Assembly: GCA_002269645.1 (NCBI GenBank)
Contig: NIVC01002455.1
Location: 62,001 to 126,000 of the forward strand
From: Macrostomum lignano
Taxonomy: Eukaryota
Reading direction: 5' to 3'
DNA: 64,000 bases
Within the stretch, counting starts at the first letter, position 1. Each line of letters starts with the position of its first letter. Of this stretch, positions 9,995 to 28,800 are shown in pieces. A program made the translations under genes and the position numbers. The notes beneath the pieces were generated by a model. That model worked only from the letters and a program-made list of their open reading frames with translations. It did not search any database and had not been told where the DNA came from.

Positions 9995-12021
9995 CCGATG
10001 TGAGTCCAGTTGTACTGCTTGAGCACAGCCCCGATTGCCTGCAAAAGTGTTGGCAGTGGTCTTCGCATGGCAGTAATAGTTGTGACAAAGGGGTTGTAGC
10101 CTAGTAAGGGGGTTGTGGCCTAGTTAGGGGGTCGTAGCCTAGTGGTTAGAGCGTCAGACTCACGACTTGAAGGTCGTGGGTTCGATTCCCGATCCAACTG
10201 GAACAATTTGTGTCCTTGAGAAAGACAACTAACTCTGCATTGCTTCAGTCCACCCAGCTGTAAAATGGGTGCCAGCATTAGCTGGGGTAATTGAGGTGTG
10301 GTGTGCGACCTCCCCAGTCCTTGGACTGAACAGCCGTACGCAGCCTTCAGATGCGCCGCGCAATAGCTGTGGCTGAGCTGTCGGTTGCACATGTGCCCAA
10401 TAGGGCAGTGTAATCAATTACGCTCGTATTATTATTACAACAATAATTCCAGCCTATAAACTACTGCACCCGATGCATCCTGTTGAATTTTAGAATATGA
10501 TGAAGTTCAAGCATCGCACCGTGAACTCACATCAAACTGGGCGGTGTCGCTCGGGATGGTTCGGAAGAAGTTCGGATAGGCCGAGCGGTCGCTCAGGCCG
10601 GGCCGCTGGCCGAGTAGGAGACCAACGGGATGCCGAAGTCGTTGAGCAGCGGCGCGAGCGACACGGCCGAGTCGGTGGTAAGCTGGGCCGATGACGCCGG
10701 GCACCAGGGTCTGGTTGGCTGAGCAGGAGGCTGCGGTGGACACCAGCTCGGGGAAGATGGAGTCCAGCAGTGAGTCCGTCACCTGGCGCCTGCCGCAGGT
10801 GTCGTGAACGCTCAGCACTGCGGATGCAGGTGTTCATTGAGAAATTATTCTCAAAGCCCATTTTTAATGTTTCTCAATCCGCTGACTCAACCTTGCTACT
10901 CAAGCTCATGCACTTTTACAGACCACTGACTCAACCCTGCTACTCAAAGCTCATACACTTTGAGACGCCGTGAAGCCACAATTACTCACCGAACTCACTC
11001 GGAATGTAGCTGTCATTTATTGCCAAGCCGGCTTCCGTTCCAGAATCCTTATTTAACAGATCGAACGCCCATTCCATACGCTTTGATGCTTGCCAGGCGT
11101 CTGTGGAAAGAAATTGCATTCATTTTAGCTCGTACTTTATTACATTACATTACATTACATTTTTCCAGTGGAAAGTCGAATCAAGTAATTAATTTCTTAC
11201 AGTTTACAGTTCTTACAGAAAGTAAATCTTTATTGAATAACCAAGCTATTGAACCCATGCTTTTCATTGTCTATGGTCCAAAGGAGATCTAGGGAGCAAA
11301 AAATTCGAAATTTTAGCGCGCGGTTTCATCAGTTGTGCAACAACTACTTGGCGCTGGCGCCAATCCGGTGCTGGCGCCGTATTGGTGCTAGCGCCGCTTT
11401 AGTGTTAGCGCCATATTCGTGCTGGCGCGCTTTAGTGTTAGCGCCGTATTCGTGCTGGCGCCGCTTTGGTGCTGGCGCCGCTTTGGTGCTGGCGCCGTAT
11501 TGGTGCTGGCGCTGCTTTAGTGTTAGCGCCGTATTCGTGCTGGCGCCGCTTTGGTGCTGGCGCCGCTTTGGTGCTGACGCCGTATTGGTGCTGGCGCTGC
11601 TTTAGTGTTAGCGCCGTATTCGTGCTGCCGCCGCTTTAGTGTTAGCGCCGTATTCGTGCTGCCGCCGCTTTAGTGTTAGCGCCGTATTGGTTCTGGCGCC
11701 GCTTTGGTGCTGGCGCCGCTGTGTGCTGGCGCCCCCACGATGGTGTACATGAAGACGCCGTACCCTAATAAAAATCCTGACTAAAGCCCTGACTCACCTT
11801 CAACCAGATGCGAGCAGCCGAAACCGTCGGTGCCGGCCGACGCAGCGCCGCCAGCACGGGCACCCGAACGAGGCCGCGCTGCCGCCGCTGCCTAGCGAGA
11901 AAGGCGAATAGGCGGCCGATGCGGCGCAGGCCTCAGCCTCCAGAGACGATGCTGCCGATGCCGGCCGAAAGACAGCAAGCAAGACTAAGGACAGAGACAC
12001 AGACAGCCAACTGACGGCCAT
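9995..12021 (-). CDS. Class C GPCR (mGluR/CaSR-like) N-terminal Venus-flytrap exons; frameshifted and cut by the gap
   Basis: Exons with GT-AG ends and matching phases: 12021-11798 (signal peptide MAVSWLSVSLSLVLLAVFRPASA...GCSHLVE; needs a net frame correction), 11100-10999 or 10990 (DAWQASKRMEWAFDLLNKDS), 10817-10531 (VHDTC...VPGVIGP..TDSAVSLAPLLNDFGIPLVSYSAS..GLSDRSAYPNFFRTIPSDTAQFD; frameshifts near 10680 and 10601), 10038-9995 (AIGAVLKQYNWTHI). These are hallmark class C ligand-binding motifs. Confidence 0.8.
10090..10437 (+). mobile_element. SINE family A (copy 2; head at 10127, preceded by two extra copies of its 5' unit)
   Basis: TAGCCTAGTGG A box, GGTTCGATTCC B box, CORE-like body and (TTA)n tail. 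Lies in a GPCR intron, antisense to the gene. Confidence 0.88.
11350..11733. repeat. 17-bp GGCGCC-containing minisatellite
   Basis: Units such as GGCGCCGCTTTGGTGCT, GGCGCCGTATTCGTGCT and AGCGCCGCTTTAGTGTT in GPCR intron 1. Explains ORF 11249-11605. Confidence 0.95.
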
Positions 12022-12586
12022 TTCTCTGCTATACTCAGAGTTAAACTCGAATCGATGAGTTGAGTCACAGCAACTGTTGCGATCAGATGATATTAAGAAC
12101 AGCAATCGCGAGAACAGAAGACACACAGACACAGGCGGTTCAACTGCAGCGGCAATATTAACAAAAAGTTGGTGGGTACGGGCGCGCCATTGCGAGGTTG
12201 GGGGGGGGGGGCCGGGTGCAGGCCAGTTTAGCCATTCTTCATTCATGCTTGAGCCTCTGGCGCAGAGATGCTTTGCTGGCATTGAATCTTGCCAGATAGA
12301 CTTGGAAACAAATCTCTCTTTCATTTCAGAGAGGACTCGCTCTAGAGAGGCGCAGGAATCTCATTCGCAAGAATAGTGGGGCGGACAGTTCAGTTGTGTC
12401 AGGGTGCGGTGTGCTGTAATTCTATCGCAGAGTAGCTATTATGGTATGCTGGCGATTTCGAACCTTTTGTTGCTTCATGCTCTACTCATACGTAGGTGAA
12501 GATCTAGTAGTGATAAATTGGCAGCGTTTGTTCGATTTTTTTATTAGTTACGAACTTACCAACTGAATAACTAATAAACTACATTA

Positions 12587-18280
<5,694 letters not shown>

Positions 18281-18492
18281 CGCTACGTTATATATAATAT
18301 TTATTAAATAGCGCATGAATGTCAAGTGACACTGGAAATTTGGTGCCTCTGGCAAAAATTCAAAATATCTTTTAACCGCTCATAGCCAGCATTCTGTTTT
18401 ATTAATTGAAAGAATTAATTATGTTGAAAATTGAAAACAAAAATTCAAATCCTGAATAAGTGCAACTGGCGGCTGCAACTCTGTCCCAGAGC

Positions 18493-21400
18493 TTATTTGG
18501 AAGGGTTTAGCGAAACTTGCTTGTGTGGCTGATGTGTCTGCTGCTGTTGCTGCTGCTGTTGCTGCTGCTGTTGCACAGTTGAAGCCAACGGCAAAGCCCG
18601 AAGATTTGACGCGGTCAATCCCTGACGCCTCTCCACGACCCTGGCAGTGCCGAAGCCCGCGTATTCAACATTGGCGTCCGCTTGCGCCTCATTTGCCGCA
18701 TTGACCGCCTTGGCAGCTGCTGCCTTCTTGTCAGCCTGGAGGTTGCTCCGGTTAATTATGTTGTTGCGCGACTTCGGCATCACTGAAATGCCGCCCGGGT
18801 AGGTAGACAGATTAGAAGGCAATTGGTAGGCAGAAAGGTAGGTACGTAGATAGGTAGGTAGAGAGATAGACAGATTGATAGGTAGGTGGGTAGGTAGGTA
18901 GGTAGGTAGGTAGGTAGGTAGGTAGGTAGGTAGGTAGGTATGTAGGTAGGTAGGTAGGTAGGTAGGTAGGTAGGTAGGTAGGTAGGTAGGTAGGTAGGTA
19001 GGTAGGTAGGAACGTAAGTAAATTGGTAGGTAGGTAGGTAGGAAGTTTTCTAGATATGTAGGTCAGTAGGTAGGTAGAGAGATTGATAGGTAGTGCGTAG
19101 GCAGGTACGTTAGCAGAAGTACTCTATAATAAAGGGTCGAAAAAACAGAAACAAACCCCTGGATGGGGGCAGCACATTCCGGCCAAACTGTCCGCTGTAG
19201 TTGCCGGGTGGGCGGTACCGGCCAACAACATAGACCCGGCCGGATTTGGACACCGCCCGGCCGAAACCGACCTCGGTTGAAGATCGCCAGACCAGCTGGG
19301 TAAAATGGCCTGCGATGCGGGATCACATCGAGTCAGCGTTGTGCTAGATGGTCCAGCAGTTGGTGTTCACATCTCTAAACTGTCACATCCTCAAACTGTC
19401 ACATCCTCAAACTGTCACATCCTCAAACTGTCACATCCTCAAACTGTCACATCCTCAAACTGTCACATCCTCAAACTGTCACATCCTCAAACTGTCACAT
19501 CCTCAAACTGTCACATCCTCAAACTGTCACATCCTCAAACTGTCACATCCTCAAACTGTCACATCCTCAAACTGTCACATCCTCAAACTGTCACATCCTC
19601 AAACTGTCACATCCTCAAACTGTCACATCCTCAAACTGTCACATCCTCAAACTGTCACATCCTCAAACTGTCACATCCTCAAACTGTCACATCCTCAAAC
19701 TGTCACATCCTCAAACTGTCACATCCTCAAACTGTCACATCCTCAAACTGTCACATCCTCAAACTGTCACATCCTCAAACTGTCACATCCTCAAACTGTC
19801 ACATCCTCAAACTGTCACATCCCCAAACTGTCACATCCTCAAACATTTTCATTCCTAAACTCTTCGGCCATTTGCTCACCGCAGGCCAGCTGATCCTCGC
19901 CTGTCCACTTGTACTGATCAATTTCGTGGTACCACAACTCGGAAAACAGATCGCCTTTAAAGAGAATTGCCGAGCAAGAAGAAGAAGATTAGCATTGCAG
20001 GATCCAAGGTGCAAAAATGATATTTTCAAAACGGGAGCATTACCTGGAAAATTAGTGAATCCTTTTCTAAACTTCATAGCCACATTCTCGCCCAGTCCGA
20101 GCGAGCTGCATTTGGGATCGTGCGCCATCTTGTCCTTGCCGGCCAGGACCTCCGCCCAGGCCTGGGCCAGCCTGGACAGCTCAGGGTTCAGGCGCAGCGG
20201 CGGCGACCGGTGCAACGCTCGGAACTCGTTGTGCGACACCAACAGCTGGTTCTCGAATTTCTTCTGGCTGAAGATCTGAGGGTCGGATGAATTTAGATAG
20301 CAAATTTCTGCTTTGGTGTCTATAAAAATCAGTCTACACATATGTTGAGATTATGTGGCAGAGCAGCGCGGTGGCAACCGCGTCTGACTCTCTCGCTACG
20401 AACCCGTGGTTCGATTCCGCGCAACCACATTCATTTGGGGCTTGTGTGTGCACGAAAATTGGCCCAGGGGGTTTGTCATGTCATTCAAAACCATGAGGGC
20501 CAACACCCCAAGGCACAGAGACTGTATATGCCTGACGATTAGAAAGTCAGTGCCGCTGTACACCCTGTGTGAGCTGTGTGTGTGAGAGCATGTCTGCCCT
20601 CAGGAGTACAGCGGAACGGGCAGAATTGCCTTACCCGGGTTTCACGTAACAGCAACAACAGCGTTACGGGATGTGCCTTGGGGCCTGGTAGTTACAAGTA
20701 AATGTGTACTTTTGAAGGGAGTGGGAATGCAGGTGCAAATTCAGGTGACCCGCAGAGTCAGCCCGCCATAGGAGGCAATAAGGCCTGTCTGATTTCGTTG
20801 ACACCTGAGCATGCATACGGATAAGTACGGAGGCACACTCTCGCACAGGATGTAAGAGCTGCCCTGACTCTTTCATCGTTATTTTAGGCACTAGTTCTGT
20901 GTCAGTCTGCTGTTCACATGAATCCGGTGTTCTAAAACTGTATTAAAGCAAAACAACTGAGCTGAGCTGCTCACTTTCTCATCGGATTTTGTCTCCTCCT
21001 TTTTCTCCGGCGCTCGCACGTGGCTCTGCTGCAGTGTCTGGCGAAGCAGCAGCGCCGCCACCGGACTCGAGGCCGCTTTGCCGCCGCCACCATCGGCGCT
21101 GCGCTGCGGCACAAAGTCGGTCAGGTTGCGCATTGCGGCGCTCCCTCCGCCCCCTCCGGCGCCGGTGCTGAACGTCACCGAGCGACGTTTCGCGGCGCCA
21201 AAGTCGCGCATCGCGAACGAAATCGGCGACGGCATCATCATTGGCTCCTTGACGATCTCTTCGCCGGCTGCTTTCACCACTGGAGAGAGATATTGGGCAG
21301 CAGTGACAGGTGCTTTATTCTGTTTAGTTGAACACAAATCTGTTAGCTACTAATTAGTAGTCTATATTGGACACGAACAGACATGTAAAAGTACATTTAT

Positions 21401-22734
21401 TTATAGAAAAGTTTACAATCGATAATGATACTGGTGCTTGAATCTGTGCAATGGTAGACATGTGCATTGCATATAGTATATGCAGCACAGATGTCATTAC
21501 TCCATGCTACTTATTTTACGCTAATGCAAAGATAAGGAGGCCGGCTGGATAGATAATAAAGATTGAAAAGCAGTCACGTGATGAAATTTCTAAATTGGGT
21601 AAATATTGGGGAGCGGCTGGTGGAATAAGGGTGAAAACTAATTGCTTTTGTGCCTGGGTGGTTTTGTCTTGGAAAATAGAATTTAGAATAGAATATCGAT
21701 TGACCATTCTAAATCATATTTTAGGACACTCTACTGAACTTAAGCGACTCGTCTCTCACGTGCATCCTTATCTCTCCCAGTCTTCTCTCAGACCGTCTTC
21801 CATCACTTATCTAATGTACACTTATTCGCGATCGACTGATTATCAATCAATGTACATTAGACCCGCCCACACTCAAGATGGAGTGTAAATCTTTCTAACC
21901 CTCCTCGTATCTTATCCATTTTTAATTGATTACGTTGCCCGTCCTGGATTAGCCTTTTTATTAATAACCAACCCTCCAGCTTGTCAAGTATGAAGTTGCA
22001 ATGCGGCCAGCATCGCTCACCATCATCAGCGCTTGGTAGAACATTCTTTCTAAATTCTCCTTTATAGTTGCCAGGCGGTCTGTAGCGGCCTACAACGTAC
22101 ACTCGGCCGGTGTCGGACACGGCCCGGCCGAAACCGACCTCTGTAGTGGACTTCCAGACTAGCTGGGTGAAATGGCCTGCCAATGATTATCAAATTGATG
22201 GGATGGAGAACTCCTTTGTAGATACGCTTAGCAACACTCAGCTGTGGGTTATGCGATTTGTGCGTCACAAGGCCTAGATTATTGGCCGGTGAGGAGAGAG
22301 TGAAGAGATTGAAGCTTGCAGTTAGAATTCTCAGTCCTCATTAACTGGTTTGGGGGTTGGAAATCTTAACATATTACTGTTTGTTTCTTCTTCTAGAAGC
22401 TCAGCAGAAAGCAATAGTTTTGCCTACCGCACTCGGGTTGCATCTCGTTGCTGTTCCAATCGTACGAGTCGATCTCTTCGTACCACATGTCCGTGAATAC
22501 GTCGCCTGGTAGGGTTTTACAGGGCATATGATAGCGTAGTTGCGTTTTAGTTAACAATTGACTACTTATAATTAAGTTCGCTGACGTTTTACAGCAATGG
22601 CTATATAGAGAATACAGGTCATATATTTAGAGCTGCGAGAGTATAAAACATTTTAAAATGCAGTTTTTCCCTCAGTCAATGTTTGTCTGAAGCATCAAAT
22701 TGGCTTCTCAAAGAAGAAAAATTAAAGAGAGAGA

Positions 22735-22810
<76 letters not shown>

Positions 22811-25800
22811 GTGGGAGAGGGAGAGGGAGAGAGAGAGGGAGATGGAGAGGGAGAGGGAGAGGGAGAGGGAGAGGGAGAGGGAGAGGGAGAGGGAGAGGGA
22901 GAGGGAGAGGGAGAGGGAGAGGGAGAGGGAGAGGGAGAGGGAGAGGGAGAGGAAGAGGGAGAGGGAGAGGGAGAAGGGAGAGGGAGAGGGAGAGGTATAC
23001 TCAGCAACATTGAAAAGTCGCCACTCTATGCGCCAGTGAGCAATTTCTCTTGGACTATTCTGAAATAAAAGATACGAGAAAACTGATCGGGGTAGCTTTA
23101 ATCCGTCCAACCCTCGCACACCGCTCGCCCACCACTTCATTCCTCAACTCAAGTCTGCCGCGGCTTAGCTGAGTTGCGTCACTCGCAAAGATTGAGAGAC
23201 TTTACCCGCACTCGCAAAAGTGGCGACCACAGACAGAATCTTCTGTGATTGCGACGCTTCGATGTTGCTGAGTATATAAAGAGATATAGAGATAGAGTAG
23301 AGAAAAAGAGAGAGAAAGAGCAAAGAGCTTACCTGGGAAGTTAGTCTCTCCAATGCGGAACTTCATAGCGATATTCTCTCCGGTGTTATTACTTGAGCAG
23401 TTGGGATCGTGCGCCATCTTGTCCCGCATCGCTAACACGTCTGCCCAGTCCTGGGCCAGCCTGTTCAGCTGGGGATTAAGCCGTAGCGGGCCGGCCTTGT
23501 GCTGGGCCCGGTACTCGTTGTGCGAGACCAGCATTTGGGTGACGAATTTGCGCATATTGAAAGCCTGTTTGTTGATTTGTATAATGTTTGCTTTTTCGCA
23601 TTTTTAGCTATTAGACTAGAAATCTTTGAGGTGCCGCAGGTCGTACGAGTATGAAAACATATTTGTAAAAAACTGTGATTGCATCGGATTATGCGGCAGG
23701 GCATAAAGGCGGAAATCTTCCATCCCCTGGGGGGGACCGAGTGCTAGTCCACCTATAGTAAACCTTCAATCTTCTATTATAAATTAAAAACCAATATGGC
23801 AAAGCATACCGGAACTGCCTCCTCCTCTAGATCTTCAGCTGAGGGTCTTTTCTGCCGAGTGTGCGAGCCGCCCAGCGTCTGGTGCAGGATGTTGGCGGTC
23901 AGGGGCCCCTTGGCGCCGCCTCCGTCAGATTTTCCCGACAGAGCGCCAAACAGCGACTTAGACGAGGCAGGCTCTGAATTGGCCGGGCCCTGAGCTTTTG
24001 ACTTCAAGGAGCCAAACAAAGACATTGCCGATACAGGCGCCGAGGCAGTAGGGCCAGCCGAAGACTTGGCACCAAGAGCGCCGAACAAAGACTTAGTAGA
24101 TGGGGCGGGCTCCTCATTAGTCGCTGTTGATAGCGGGGCTTCTGGTGCGGAGCTCGGAGATGACTTGACGGCAGGAGGCGTCGGCACTCGTTTGGCGGGC
24201 TCTCGGTCTGACGACGGCTCTCGCTCCGCCTTCGGCGACCGAGGCGCAAGTGGAGCAGCAGCTTCTCCTTTCCTGTTTTCAGCTGCTATGCCGGACACCC
24301 GCGATGCTCGATAGTCTGTTTGTAACAGAGGGATGAGCAAGCCAGTAAAATGCAAGATTTACACGCCGCTACCTACTTGCTAGGGGTGAGAATTTCCTTA
24401 GTGCTAGCAGAGATGTCTTATGAGCGGCAACTCACTCAAAGCAAACTCACTCCCAGAGGCCCGAGCTCTGGACACGCGCGGCAAAACGTTTCTTGGAAAT
24501 TCTCCGGGATTATTTCCCATCGGGCGGTAGCGGCCAACAATGTAGACGCAGCCGGACATGGAGATGGCTCTGCCGAAGCCGGCCTCGCGACTGGCGCGCC
24601 AGACCACTTGGGCAAAATGACCTGCGGTTTTCGGAATCGATCGGTGAGCGCCATTCAATGTAGCGAGTCTTTTCTCACTCTGCCGCGACTGTCAGCAAGT
24701 TTTTGCTCTTAGGTTTTTCAAATATTTAACTTACTGCATTCGAACTGATCTTCTAAGCTTCGCCAATTGAAATTGTGCACTTCAGCGTACCAGGTGTCCA
24801 CGAACTCTTGAGCTGATTATGTACCGGATGAGCACATTAAAAAGTTATCAATGGACACTTGCCATAGAAAAAATTTGAAAAATGTTTTGCAATACATTAT
24901 GTACTGTAGGATACTCTGACAATGGGTATGAGTATCTCAGTCAGAAGCTACCGCAGTAGAAGGCTTAAGAGGGTTTTAGCCTAGCAGTGGGGTTGTAGCC
25001 TAGCAGAGGGGTTGTAGCCTAGCAGGGGGTTGTAGCCTAGCAGGGGGGTTGTAGCCTAGCAGGGGGGTTGTAGCCTAGCAGGGGGTTGTAGCCTAGCAGG
25101 GGGGTTGTAGCCTAGCAGGGGGGTTGTAGCCTAGCAGGGGGGTTGTAGCCTAGCAGGGGGGTTGTAGCCTAGCAGGGGGGTTGTAGCCTAGCAGGGGGGT
25201 TGTAGCCTAGCAGGGGGGTTGTAGCCTAGCAGGGGGGTTGTAGCCTAGCAGGGGGTTGTAGCCTAGCAGGGGGTTGTAGCCTAGCAGGGGGGTTGTAGCC
25301 TAGCAGGGGGTTGTAGCCTAGCAGGGGGGTTGTAGCCTAGCAGGGGGGTTGTAGCCTAGTAAGGGAGTTGTAGCCTAGCAAGGGGGTTGTGGCCTAGCAA
25401 GGGGGTTGTAGCCTAGCAAGGGGGTTGTAGCCTAGCAGGGGGGTTGTAGCCTAGAAAGGGGTTGTAGGTAGTAAGGGGGTTGTAGCCTAGTGGTTAGAGC
25501 GTCAGACTCACGACTTGAAGGTCGGGGGTTCGATTCTTGATCCAACTGGAACAATTTGTGTCCTTGAGCAAGACAACTAACTCTGCATTGCTTCAGTTCA
25601 CCCAGCTGTAAAATGGGTGCCAGCATTAGCTGGGGTAATTGAGGGTGTGTGTGGCGACCCCCATTCCTTGGACTGAACAGCCGTACGCAGCCTTCAGATG
25701 CGCCGCGCAATAGCTGTGGCTGAGCTGTCGGTTGCACATCTGCCCAATAGGGCAGGTGTAATCAATTATTGTTATTATTATTTTTAACTCAGTAGCAATC

Positions 25801-28800
25801 CCTCTCGCGTTGACAATAATTTGGGACTGATATATCAAATTTGGCCTGGTCGCGTGTCGTGCGACTTCCAACCATGAAGGCCTATTTTTAAGAGTGCGCG
25901 CCTGCCTGACAATGGGACACTGTAGACCAGGGGCCCTCGGGTCCTTTGAAACTTCACAATAGCAGTCCGGCCCGCCTAAGGTTTGTGCCTCTTCTCAGCG
26001 CTCTCAGCCTTCTCTCCTCAGCCTTCTCTTATCTCTCCTATCTCTCTCTTATTCAATATCTCCCTTCTCTCATCTCTCTTCCCTCCTTTCCCTTCTTTCC
26101 TCTACCTTGTCTCATCTCCCTTCTCTCATCTCCCTTCTCTCATCTCCCTTCTCTCATCTCCCTTCTCTCATCTCCCTTCTCTCATCTCCCCTCTCTCATC
26201 TCCCTTCTCTCATCTCCCTTCTCTCATCTCCCTTCTCTTATCTCCCCTCTCTCATCTCCTTTCTCTCATCTCCTTTCTCTCATCTCCCTTCTCTCATCTC
26301 CCTTCTCTCTTTTCCATTCTCTCATCTCCCTTCTCTCATCTCCCCTCTCTCATCTCCTTTCTCTCATCTCCCTTCTCTCATCTCCCTTCTCTCTTTTCCA
26401 TTCTCTCATCTCCCTTCTCTCATCTCCCTTCTCTTCTCTACCTTCTCTCCTCTCCCTTATCTCATCTCCCTTCTATTCTCTTTGCGCTCTTCTCTTCTCC
26501 TCTATTCTCTCTTTTGTTTCCCTTCCTCTGGTCCGCAGTCATGCGCTGGCCATCTAACCATTTAGGTAAAAAATCAAGCCAAACCCTGCTGTAAACCCTG
26601 TGCTTGCTCAAAGGTCAGCTGCTTGCCGCCTCGGCTTGTTGCTCAATTGTCGCCAAAAGCCTTCTTACCTGTCACTTCCCCATGGCCAATGTCGCACTTT
26701 CTGGCCACGTTCTCGCCAATGCCAGCTGCGTCGCATTTCAAATCGTAGGCCAGCGAGTCTCGCTTTGCTAGCAGCTCCGCCCAGGCTTGCGCTTGCCGGG
26801 TCAGCTCCTCGCTGAACCGCAGCGGCGGCGACTGGTGCAGCGATCGGTACTCGTTGTGCGCAGCCAGCATCTGGGCAGCGAACTTGCGCGTGGTTGCATT
26901 CTGCAGGAGGGAGCAGCAGGGCAAACTACGCTGACATGTAACTTATTTTTTGTTGGAGACAGGGGCTCTGCGCACCCTGGTGCACTTCAAGCGACATTGT
27001 CACACAACCGGCGAGAGGCATTGCTGCCCATTCCACCGACTTCCCTGAGCAGCACACAAGCGCGCGGATACGGATGCAGTCACACGCACAGGCACAGACT
27101 CACACAGGAGTGTACAGCGGCCCTAACTCTATTAGTTAGGCATGTACACTTCACTGCGCCTTGGGGGTTGGCCCTCAAGGGCGTTAATTGCACGAGCAGA
27201 GCCAAGCCGAGATTCCGATTCAGCCCCAAACTTTTGTGACTGCACTTGGAATCGAGCCTGGGCCGCTGGCATATCAGAGCACCTCTAGGCTACGGCCCTC
27301 CCTGATAAGCAGCTTCTGGTACTCATTTCATAGCGTAAATAGAAACTTAAAAATGCAACCAATGAAATCAAAAAGGCCCTCACACTGTTCAGAGTGTTTG
27401 CTGAATCCAGATTAACAAATCTAGCCGTTGCCTCTTGCTGGCAAATGCCTTTGAAATGATCTGAAAAGAATTAAAATGTCAAACAGAACAGTGTAGCCAA
27501 TTTGAAGTTTTAATTAAACAGAATCAAGCTGTCACGAGCCACTTAAAAAAATCATTATTATTCCTCGACCTCAAGGCAGTTCAGATTGATGCACGTGACA
27601 ACAGCAAGGGCGAATGTAGTAGAAGAACGGCTATCTTGGTTTGTTTTAGAGAAACTATTAAAATATTGGTCATTGGTCAAAGCAGATCTAATTATTGTAC
27701 TTTTAATTCACCTTGCCTGTTTTATTGCTTAGCTCACTTATTGCAAAGTTTTATTACATTTTACGTAAATGCGCCAAGCCAAAACTCATAAGCTGGCCCA
27801 GTACGACTTTATATCTTAGTTTCCTGGCTCTTATTGTTATTTATTATAGTAAATCATAACAGTTTTGAAAGCAATTTCCTAGTTTACAATGCATACACAT
27901 AAACCTCCAACAGGTCTTCATGCTTCTAGCAAAGATTTGCTATATAAAATCCTCCTCTCTGACTCGTGGTTGCTCTGGCGCAAAACAGAACCCTGGGGAA
28001 CTCTGGCGCAAAACAGAACCCTGGGGAACTCTGTCGCAAAACAGAACCCTGGGGAACTCTGGCGCAAAACAGAACCCTGGGGAACTCTGGCGCAACGCCT
28101 TCGGCGAAATGGTTCCGCAACCAGAGCTAAGGCAATTCTGGCCATTCCGCTGACTCCTGAGCACATGCAAGCCCTCCAATACTGTACTCAAGTATGCACA
28201 CACACACACACGCTCACACGGGTGTACAGTGGCCCTGACTGTCTAATCGTCAGACATGTACACTCTGTGTGCCTTGGATGTTGGCCTTCATGGTTGCGAA
28301 TGGCACGGCAGCCCCGTGGGCCAAGTTTTGTGCACACACAAGCCCCCAATGAATGTGCATGGTTGCGCACCGAATCGAACCAGCTTGGTCGTGACGCGGA
28401 GTCGGACACGTTTACCGCTGAACTTCTCTGCCCCATTATCCACGATTAAGTGTAAATGCCACTTTAAACACCGTATTGGAGATGAAGTTATGATCCCCTG
28501 AAAACTGCAACTACCGTATTGCATGCACCTGAAAGCCGTGGAAACTCCGGGATCGGCTTACCGGGATCGGCCAGCGGCCGAACAATCAGCGCCGAATCGA
28601 GCGGTGAATCGGCGGCAGCTTCTATTGAGAACCGGAGCGGCAGAAGCCGTACGCACCTGCTTGCAGCTTTTGAATTGCTTAACTCCAGGCTCGAGGCTGT
28701 AGCGGTTGGCGAGTCGCCCCGCCGTTTCCGCCCAGCCGCGATGACTTTCGCCTGCGGCACCTGAAATCGGCGACTCTCGTAGCGGCTTCTTCGGCTGCGG

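Noticed and set aside
11735-11797. Possible 33-nt mini-intron (11797-11765) leading to GYGVFMYTI in the GPCR
   Set aside because: That frame runs into the minisatellite, while splicing to 11100 gives a much better class C motif in the same phase.
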